A stretch of 35,292 bases of DNA from Planctomycetota bacterium (lineage in GTDB: Bacteria > Planctomycetota > Phycisphaerae > Sedimentisphaerales > Anaerobacaceae). Below the pieces are notes generated by a model. That model ran no database searches. It worked only from the letters and a program-made list of their open reading frames with translations, and had not been told where the DNA came from. A program made the translations under genes and the position numbers. Each line of letters opens with the position of its first letter. Position 1 is the stretch's first letter. Shown here one piece after another: positions 22,799 to 29,552 of the stretch. The DNA is taken from contig JAFNGF010000143.1 of NCBI GenBank assembly GCA_017885385.1, positions 9,884-45,175 on the forward strand. The letters run 5' to 3'.

Positions 22799-24577
22799 TT
22801 AGTCTCTGCGGATACTTCTGAAAAACGCCCCGGCTGCCTGCCCCCACTTCTGTACCGCCCCTTGCTCGGACCAGGTGATGATAGCCGTCTTTGTCGGTGC
22901 GGCGGTAATAGCGGCATTGCTGCCGGACTCGTCGAATTTCCAGTGCGCTATCAGCCCGGGCAGTCCGTCAACGGGTGGATAGACCTCGTTCACATTCAAC
23001 GCCCGGTTGTAGATGCGCACGTCGTCGATCAAGCCGCCGTAGACGTAGCCTGGCGCAGGAGTCCTGTCAGTGGCAATGTTAAGATGTCCGTCGCCGAATC
23101 CTGGACTGTTAAGCCACACACCCGTGGTGCGAGGGATACCATCCAGATAAGAGGTCATTACGGCTCCACTTCGGACGATCCCAACATGGTGCCATGCACC
23201 TGCAAGCTCGCTGAGCAAAATCCCGGTGTCCCACGATTTAGGACTCGGCAGGTAATCCCGATGGTAAACAGTAAGTTTTTTGGGACTACCGGAATTGAAT
23301 TGGAGCGTCCAGTGGTTTGTCGATCCGCTGGGGTTGCATTTTGAGATTATACCCGCCCAGTCCTTCTGGGAAGAGGCGGGCTTTACCCAGACCGACAAAG
23401 TATAGTCATTGGCCACTTGGAGCTTGGTCAGCGAGTTAGGGGTCTGCACATAGTCGTCAACTCCGTCGAACTGCAGCGCCCCGCCTGTTCGACCACCTGT
23501 AGGCTGCCAGGTCGCGCCGTTGTACAGCACTGCAACATTGGCGCTGCTGGAGGAGTCTGCGGCGGTTTCAGCCAGTCCATCGTCTGTGAATAGGGCGCCA
23601 AGAACGGTCAAATTAGCACCGCCGGCCCCGAGCAGCGTACGTCCATACACGACAGCCAATCCGTTAATCTGTAGAGCGGCGGCGTTTTTTATCGTTAGCT
23701 CACCAGTCACGAGCAATGCGGGCATGTTTTTTGCCGCTACGATTATGTTTCTGTCTCCCTGGATTGTCAGATCGCCGACAACTACGAGCATACTCTCGAT
23801 TCTGACGTCGCCGGCCAACACCAAGTCGCTGCTGCGGTAGCACACCTGTACGGGGTTGCTATATGGCCCGAGCGTAACGCCGGAAAGACTGCTTGAGGTT
23901 ATGACCACCGTACTGTATCTTGAAGTAAAATCAGCGACCGTAATTCGAGGCCAGACCAGCGACAAATCTGTGGTTGCCTTATGCCGGCCGCCTATAGTTC
24001 CAGTCAACGCACCGGCAAATACATCACCGTTAATTGCACCCCTGTTTTCCAACGTGCCGTTACAATAGAGGTCGCCGTTGATTCTGACGCCGGACCAGAT
24101 AATCGCGGCGCTTCCGGTCCACAACGCTATACACGGGTCAAGGCGAAGGTCACCCGATAAGCTGCAACGACCTACTTCCTGGCCGGCCTTCATCCGGTAA
24201 GAGTTACAGTCTATGATGTAATTGCAGTAGTCAGTCGGGTCCGAGTCATCGCGAACCACTGCGACCTCGTAGTAATCCTCGCTTCCTGCTGCCAGCTGCT
24301 GCGCCGCAGCTCCGGTCCAGTATTCCGAAGCCACATCCTGCGGGTACAAAACCAGCCCTTTGGCGTGCTCCAAACCGGACTCAGCCAGGTAATCCATCTG
24401 CGTGCGCAGTATCATATTCTCGCCGCAAGCCAGCTCCACATCGCTTCGCGACATAAAGCCCAGCGACAAAATGGTTATGGCCATAATAACAAAGAGGACG
24501 ACAAGTAAAGCTGCCCCTCTGTCTGTATATCGTATATCGTATGTCGTATGTCGTAATTCAATCATTTGCTTAGTCAT
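22799..24577 (-). CDS. large GspK-like minor pseudopilin with a C-terminal LamG (Laminin_G_3-type) lectin-fold domain
   Basis: The N-terminus RGAALLVVLFVIMAITILSLGF..EL resembles GspK. The LamG domain spans aa 367-532 (nt 22982-23479): ALQFDGVDDYVQTP...TLSVWVKP...GGLIDDVRIYNRAL. The ATG overlaps the end of the upstream gene by 8 nt. Confidence 0.8.
   Translation of the reverse strand: MTKQMIELRHTTYDIRYTDRGAALLVVLFVIMAITILSLGFMSRSDVELACGENMILRTQMDYLAESGLEHAKGLVLYPQDVASEYWTGAAAQQLAAGSEDYYEVAVVRDDSDPTDYCNYIIDCNSYRMKAGQEVGRCSLSGDLRLDPCIALWTGSAAIIWSGVRINGDLYCNGTLENRGAINGDVFAGALTGTIGGRHKATTDLSLVWPRITVADFTSRYSTVVITSSSLSGVTLGPYSNPVQVCYRSSDLVLAGDVRIESMLVVVGDLTIQGDRNIIVAAKNMPALLVTGELTIKNAAALQINGLAVVYGRTLLGAGGANLTVLGALFTDDGLAETAADSSSSANVAVLYNGATWQPTGGRTGGALQFDGVDDYVQTPNSLTKLQVANDYTLSVWVKPASSQKDWAGIISKCNPSGSTNHWTLQFNSGSPKKLTVYHRDYLPSPKSWDTGILLSELAGAWHHVGIVRSGAVMTSYLDGIPRTTGVWLNSPGFGDGHLNIATDRTPAPGYVYGGLIDDVRIYNRALNVNEVYPPVDGLPGLIAHWKFDESGSNAAITAAPTKTAIITWSEQGAVQKWGQAAGAFFRSIRRD
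24525..24559. repeat. 5 tandem heptamers GTAT(A/G)TC (coding strand GAATTAC GACATAC GACATAC GATATAC GATATAC) inside codons 7-18 of the K-like gene
   Basis: Read directly from the sequence. The array translates to ..ELRHTTYDIRYT.. just before the hydrophobic segment. Confidence 0.9.
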
Positions 24578-25181
24578 CGTCGGTTACAATGCTCTGGCCG
24601 TCGGCGCTTAGCAGATTTCCCGCCCAGCCGCGAACGGCACTGTTTATCTGGTAGTGGTGCACAACGCCGTCCTCGGCAAGGTCAAACGAAATACTAACAA
24701 ATTTGGTCCGCGGCGGCGCAACATCAACCAGAAACTCTACGTTGCTGCACTGTGGTATCAGCGTCGCACGTGTCACGCTGTATCCGCTTGGTGATAGTGC
24801 TGCCACGTTGGCCAGCAGCACCACAGACGTATCGGACGCCGGAAATTCGCAAAGCCGCAGATAGTTTTTGCCCGTCCCTCTTTCGACATACACCAGCTCG
24901 TTGACGTTAATCTGTCCGTCGCTGTTGTCGTCAGCCTGCCAGACGGCCAATTCGCCGCCCGGCGTGCCGCAGATCAACCTGCACTGCCGAATCAGTTCCG
25001 AAATCCTGAGCGTGGCAAAACGGACTTCCGCCTGCTTGCGACTTGTATCGTCAGTGGCATCGGTTGCCCTGCCCAGAGCGAAAGCAAGCGTGGCCACAGT
25101 CGTTAGAATCAGACTGCTAACAACCAAAGCCACCAGCAGCTCGACCAGCGTAAAGCCGTGCTCGTACTTGGTATCTCGCAT
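24570..25181 (-). CDS. GspJ/PilW-like minor pseudopilin
   Basis: The N-terminus MRDTKYEHG|FTLVELLVALVVSSLILTTVATLAF is a prepilin-type motif with Glu at +5. Confidence 0.8.
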   Translation of the reverse strand: MRDTKYEHGFTLVELLVALVVSSLILTTVATLAFALGRATDATDDTSRKQAEVRFATLRISELIRQCRLICGTPGGELAVWQADDNSDGQINVNELVYVERGTGKNYLRLCEFPASDTSVVLLANVAALSPSGYSVTRATLIPQCSNVEFLVDVAPPRTKFVSISFDLAEDGVVHHYQINSAVRGWAGNLLSADGQSIVTDDD

Positions 25182-25198
25182 CTCGTATCTCGTATTTC
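25164..25198. repeat. 5 tandem heptamers (coding strand GAAATAC GAGATAC GAGATGC GAGATAC CAAGTAC) spanning the start codon of the J-like gene
   Basis: The minus strand reads TAG-GAAATACGAGATACGAGATGCGAGATACCAAGTAC. TAG is the stop of the I-like gene, and the ATG of the J-like gene lies in unit 3. Confidence 0.9.
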
Positions 25199-25696
25199 CT
25201 ATTTACTTATGAGCCGATTTATGATCGCGATCGGTCTACCGCTGTAATGCACCCGCACCGTGACGCGAATGAAATTCGCCTGTCCGGCTCCACTTTGCTG
25301 CGGCACATAAACAGACTCACAGGTTGCGTTCCTGCTGAAGTTGGCGTAAGCCGGGTCCGTAAATATAGTCCCTGCGGAGTCTTTCAACTGCCCTTGCGGC
25401 TCGGAGTAACCATTATAGTTAGCGACTATTTGCTCAAACGGAGTATTTACAATTTGCTCGATTAAATCACCTGCCAGCTTGGCGCCCAGCGTTCGGCGAG
25501 TACCTTCAGCTCGTATCTTTGCGCCGTCGGCAAAAGGAAGCAGGACACCAGCCGCCGCAATACCCAATACCACGGTGGCCATCATCGCCTCAGCGAGCGT
25601 AAAACCACAGCGTGCACAACGGTAGGATGGGCACCGCCCACCAATTTGATAGCAGCGTGCAGTGCACACCCTACCTCTCTTTCTGCTAATAATCAT
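25199..25696 (-). CDS. GspI/PilV-like minor pseudopilin (start uncertain)
   Basis: ...RCG|FTLAEAMMATVVLGIAAAGVLLPF is a prepilin-type motif with Glu at +5. ATG 25694-25696 gives an unusually long, Cys/Arg-rich 31-aa leader. A GTG nine codons further in is also possible. The track start at 25804 overlaps the upstream gene by 119 nt. Confidence 0.7.
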   Translation of the reverse strand: MIISRKRGRVCTARCYQIGGRCPSYRCARCGFTLAEAMMATVVLGIAAAGVLLPFADGAKIRAEGTRRTLGAKLAGDLIEQIVNTPFEQIVANYNGYSEPQGQLKDSAGTIFTDPAYANFSRNATCESVYVPQQSGAGQANFIRVTVRVHYSGRPIAIINRLISK

Positions 25697-26165
25697 AGTA
25701 TCGTTTTCCGTTATTGTCGGTTCCGCTGGTGTCGGCTCGTATTTCCGCCGTGGCTCCCTTACATATCCAGCCGTGACTATCGTCGGCGTTGGGCGGGAAA
25801 TCATCCCCGTCTGCGAGCATCTGGATCGTAGTCAGATTGTTGAAGGGATTTACCGGAATCTTTTGCATATATGGGCCGCGCTCGAACCCGGCAGTCCCTA
25901 CCGCAGCAGTTTGGCCGCTGGCGTTGCTCGACATTGTAGCCTGCTCAATAAAGGCCTGCTCCGTAGGTCCGGGAGCAACTTCCAGATGCTGGCTTTTATA
26001 GACCAGAATGAAGTTGCGAAGCAACTGCAAATCGGTTGCCAGAGCACTCGCCTTGGCCGACGTTGTACTATTGCCAACGGTTGCGATGACGACCGCGGCC
26101 AGGATTCCGAGCAAGACCACCACCACGAGAATCTCGACAAGCGTAAAAGCTCTTGCCTTGTTCAT
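25686..26165 (-). CDS. GspG-like pseudopilin / type IV pilin, paralogue 2
   Basis: ATG 26163-26165 gives MNKARA|FTLVEILVVVVLLGILAAVVIATV. The track start at 26249 reads through a palindromic repeat. Confidence 0.85.
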   Translation of the reverse strand: MNKARAFTLVEILVVVVLLGILAAVVIATVGNSTTSAKASALATDLQLLRNFILVYKSQHLEVAPGPTEQAFIEQATMSSNASGQTAAVGTAGFERGPYMQKIPVNPFNNLTTIQMLADGDDFPPNADDSHGWICKGATAEIRADTSGTDNNGKRYYDY

Positions 26166-26195
26166 AGCTTGCCCTTTCGCATTGACGCACACTTT

Positions 26196-26302
26196 GTCAT
26201 TCCCTCGCAAGGTTGTCATCCCTGCCTTGGAGCAGGGACGGGAATCCACAACGCGATAGATTTCTGGATTCCTGCCTCCGCAGGAATGACAAGCCTGTCA
26301 TT
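26196..26302. repeat. nested palindromic element built on GTCATTCC / GGAATGAC between the two G-like pilin genes
   Basis: The outer pair is GTCATTCC (26196-26203) with GGAATGAC (26283-26290). Inner hairpins are CCCTGC-CTTGGA-GCAGGG (26220-26237), GGAATCCA-16 nt-TGGATTCC (26241-26272) and TTCCTGC-CTCC-GCAGGAA (26269-26286). The last two share the bases TTCC and are therefore mutually exclusive. Confidence 0.7.
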
Positions 26303-26432
26303 AAAAAGGCTGACCTGCTTTCGGCAAAAGCCTTAGCACGATCAGCCTATTTGTCTATTCCATCATTCTGGCCAGCCTAAGCTGGCGATCTGTCGTGGCA
26401 AGACCCACCAGACTTCCGCTGCCACTACACTC

Positions 26433-26912
26433 TTAGAGAGCGGCATGGGCAGCAGTGTCACAAGCGTGAAACGCTCCGGTATCGGTGTTGAAGTACCAGC
26501 CGACACTGCCATCCGTGACGATCGGAGGTGTGGCTGCCGTCCCCTCGGCAGTTCCATCACTATCGACGAACTGGTTCGTCGGGATCTTCATCAGGTAGGG
26601 ACCATAACAATCAGTTGTAGTAGTAATAGGTACAGCCGCTCCGAAGATATCGGTCTTGCCGGTCAAGGCGAGCACAAAGCCAGCCGCGCCTGTATGGGTG
26701 CCATTTGTCACGCCAGGCAGATTGTCATTGTGCTGAATCTTATACAGCTCAATCTGCGAGCGAACGGACGAAAGGTCGGTGACCAGACTGGAGAGCTTGG
26801 CTTCGCTGCTGGCCTCAGTGAATTGAGGTATCACGATAGCAGCCAGGATGCCAAGAATGACCACGACGATCAGAATTTCCACTAATGTAAAACCACTTTT
26901 CGCTTTCATCAT
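26433..26912 (-). CDS. GspG-like major pseudopilin / type IV pilin, paralogue 1 (first gene of the cluster)
   Basis: The N-terminus is MMKAKSG|FTLVEILIVVVILGILAAIVIPQF with Glu at +5. An SD-like GGGGTG lies upstream. Confidence 0.9.
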   Translation of the reverse strand: MMKAKSGFTLVEILIVVVILGILAAIVIPQFTEASSEAKLSSLVTDLSSVRSQIELYKIQHNDNLPGVTNGTHTGAAGFVLALTGKTDIFGAAVPITTTTDCYGPYLMKIPTNQFVDSDGTAEGTAATPPIVTDGSVGWYFNTDTGAFHACDTAAHAAL

Positions 26913-27277
26913 TCACCCCTTTTTGAAATAAATTCCTCGTTTGATACGATTGACAACATTCAACACAGAGATTTTTTTCACAACTTAAGTATCGACCTAA
27001 TTGTTAGGCCACTTAACTACGTTTGTTTTCTTCGGTAAGCAGTAACCTCCTCCAAAAAATTAGCTGGACTGACAACTGACTGGCACAATACTTCAAACTT
27101 TCACGATGACATTACACCAACGAGGGAGCAAATCCTTACGTCCGGGAAATACTTTACACTGCCGCTCGTAAGGCTCCCGTAAACGTTCAAATAAAGTCTA
27201 AAAAATAAATTTCGCCCCGCCAAATTGTCGGATGTAAAAAAACCAATATTAAATGATGGAAAACCCGCAGTGAAACT

Positions 27278-27329
27278 GGGGGCTAAATATTTTTTGTATT
27301 TAGCCCCACAATTTATTGGGGGGTTTTTT
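27278..27329 (+). repeat. copy (b), the best copy of the double-hairpin family, abutting the tsaE stop codon
   Basis: GGGGCTAAATA (27279-27289) pairs perfectly with TATTTAGCCCC (27297-27307). That overlaps CCCCACAAT..ATTGGGGGG (27304-27323), which is followed by TTTTTT (27324-27329). Confidence 0.7.
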
Positions 27330-27780
27330 AACTGCACAATGTCATATATTGGGGTGCATTTTTGATATGAATTTTGCGTTTGGTCTTGCCGGCGTGCGTT
27401 ATTTCGATGCGAATGTAATCCATAGTCTGAAGGGCTGCCTCGATCTTGTCCGCCCATTCAATAAGAACGACCGAGCCGGGATAGCAAAAATCGTCGAAGC
27501 CTATCATTTCGAACTCGTCAAGCGAATTCAGTCGATACGCATCCACGTGGTAGATATCGAGCCCGCCCTTATACTCATTAACTATGACGAATGTAGGGCT
27601 GGTGACGCGCTTGCGGTCTTGAGCACCCGTTCCCGCCGCAATGCCCTTAATAAAATGGGTCTTGCCGCTTCCTAAAGGTCCGCAAACCGCTATGATTTCG
27701 CCGCCCTTTAACTGCTGCCCTATCTTGCGCCCAAGCTCAATGGTTTGCTCAGGCGATTCTGATGTGATGTCCATCTCCAT
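27328..27780 (-). CDS. tsaE: tRNA N6-threonylcarbamoyladenosine biosynthesis ATPase TsaE
   Basis: The P-loop GPLGSGKTHF is present, together with SPTFVIVNEY and YHVDAYRL. The protein is 150 aa. Confidence 0.9.
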   Translation of the reverse strand: MEMDITSESPEQTIELGRKIGQQLKGGEIIAVCGPLGSGKTHFIKGIAAGTGAQDRKRVTSPTFVIVNEYKGGLDIYHVDAYRLNSLDEFEMIGFDDFCYPGSVVLIEWADKIEAALQTMDYIRIEITHAGKTKRKIHIKNAPQYMTLCS

Positions 27781-27825
27781 AGTCAGTATGAATATCTCGG
27801 CGCCAACAAGTCGATTCCTCGGCTA

Positions 27826-29526
27826 TTATTTTCCCAGTTGAGCGGGGTAATAATAGCCCATCGTCTGAGCGGCGACGCCCAGGCGATATTGATGGTCCTG
27901 CATCAGACAAACTCGCCGGTCGGAGGCGGGGATGGTGCTGGTATAAATCCGAAGCTCGCCTTTAACACAGGTGATTACTTCTTCCCGATGGTCGCCCAGG
28001 CAATCAACAACGGCGATTACGCGACCCCCGATGGGCTGAAAGACCTGCCCGTCCCAGTCCCGAATGTCGCCGGAAAAGAGCACCTCTTTTTGCGGATCGG
28101 CATCCCACCAGACCGGGCGTGGACTCAAAGGCCGTTTCTCGCTAAACTCTAATAGCTTTCCCTGGGAGCTATAAAGCCATCGCTTTTTAAGGTCTCTTTC
28201 ACCGACAAAGACCTCCATGCCGGGGGACTCTGCCAGGATGTCGCCGACCATTCCCTGGTTGTGAAGGTGCTGCGTAGGCTCTTTGTGTGCCCAGAGCTTG
28301 CGGCCGGTTTTGGCATCAACCAGACAAATACCATCGGTTTTCTGGCGTGTTTCTAAGCCGTAAAAGACCTCTAAGCCGGGATTATTCGGGTCTATATCGG
28401 CGACGTAACAGACATCAGGATGTCCCATTTCCAGAGTCCAAAGCCCCCTGCCGTTGTCGTCCAGCACGGCTGCACCCAGGACCAATTCATCTCGGCCATC
28501 CTGATCGACATCGGCGGTAATCAAGCCGTGCGAGCTTTGTCCGCCGTATTTTGCTTTTTCTTGAGGCGATTCCCAATACCAGATTTGATTGAAATCTTTG
28601 TCGAGCGTTTTTACCTTGATCAGGTTATATGTGCCCCGCTGCATAATCAGAGACGGCGTCTTTCCATCGAGATACGCCACAGTCAGAAAATTGCGGCAAT
28701 AATAGTTATAGCTATCGAAGCCATCGCGGCTCAACCAGTCGGTCTTAGCAATAAATTTGCCGGTCTGTCCGTCAATCTTGATTAAATATTCAGGCCCACT
28801 CGTTACCAACCCTTTTTCATCTCGCGGGTCGCCGACGCCGGCCTTGCAATAGACTTCGGCTTTGCCGTCGCCGTCTACGTCGTAGACAATCCAGGGCGAG
28901 TACCAGATACCGGCCTCGATCGACCAGCCCATATCGTACCGCCACAGCATCGTGCCATCCAAACGGTAGGCTTCAAGTTTGTAGGTGGTGGTGCTCTTCT
29001 TCCAGTAGCCGGGCTGCTGATAGGGGTCGGTGTTGAAATCGGGCTGCTTTATGACAAATTCATAAGCCCCATCGCCGTCCAGGTCGCCGATGCCGACTTT
29101 CTGAAAGTCGTAATCGCCTTTCAATGGAATACTGATGTACGACCGGGCCCGGCCTGTCAGCGTAACCTCAACTTCACCCACTTGTTTGGGTGCCGCCGGT
29201 CCCTTCTTCGCACCGTACTCGTAAAGTTCATAAGTAAGGACCTTGCCGCCCATATCCTTCTGGGGAGCCTTGTCGACAAAGTTGGTCAGTCGATGCGGCT
29301 TGCCGGTCGTCAAAAGATCGGATCGATCCCCAGCAGAACGGTGGATATGGAAGCCAACGTCTTCAGGATCGCTCTGGAGCAGTCGCCAGCTCAAAAAGAC
29401 TGAGCCATCCTCACGCTCAAGGGCAACCAGACCTCGGTCCAGTTTTTCTGCGGCGGTCAGCACAGTAGTAAGAGCGGGCAGCAGAAGCAACCATGCCGCC
29501 CAGCTAAACATTAATCGACATTTCAT
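27826..29526 (-). CDS. PL11-like rhamnogalacturonan lyase homologue (YesW/YesX-type beta-propeller), secreted
   Basis: ATG 29524-29526 has GGGAGG 10 nt upstream and gives the signal peptide MKCRLMFSWAAWLLLLPALTTVLTA. I recognise co-linear matches with YesW-type lyases: EKLDRGLVAL..FLSWRLL, GDLDGDGAYEFVIK, YRLDGTMLWR, VYDVDGDGKAEV, GPEYL, YLDGKTPSLIMQRGTY, ADVDQDGRDE, LRIYTSTIP and YRLGVAAQ. The track start at 29700 would overlap thiL. Confidence 0.85.
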   Translation of the reverse strand: MKCRLMFSWAAWLLLLPALTTVLTAAEKLDRGLVALEREDGSVFLSWRLLQSDPEDVGFHIHRSAGDRSDLLTTGKPHRLTNFVDKAPQKDMGGKVLTYELYEYGAKKGPAAPKQVGEVEVTLTGRARSYISIPLKGDYDFQKVGIGDLDGDGAYEFVIKQPDFNTDPYQQPGYWKKSTTTYKLEAYRLDGTMLWRYDMGWSIEAGIWYSPWIVYDVDGDGKAEVYCKAGVGDPRDEKGLVTSGPEYLIKIDGQTGKFIAKTDWLSRDGFDSYNYYCRNFLTVAYLDGKTPSLIMQRGTYNLIKVKTLDKDFNQIWYWESPQEKAKYGGQSSHGLITADVDQDGRDELVLGAAVLDDNGRGLWTLEMGHPDVCYVADIDPNNPGLEVFYGLETRQKTDGICLVDAKTGRKLWAHKEPTQHLHNQGMVGDILAESPGMEVFVGERDLKKRWLYSSQGKLLEFSEKRPLSPRPVWWDADPQKEVLFSGDIRDWDGQVFQPIGGRVIAVVDCLGDHREEVITCVKGELRIYTSTIPASDRRVCLMQDHQYRLGVAAQTMGYYYPAQLGK

Positions 29527-29552
29527 AACTTGTACCTCCCTAATTGCCCCTG

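Noticed and set aside
24525-24559. Confident call of a phase-variable contingency locus
   Set aside because: The heptamer units are imperfect (2+2+1 variants), which strongly reduces slipped-strand mispairing. No population data are available, so this is kept only as one hypothesis within the finding.
27101-27457. 118-aa minus-strand ORF
   Set aside because: It overlaps the 3' end of tsaE out of frame and runs through hairpin copy b and the A/T-rich pilin upstream region. Its composition is implausible.
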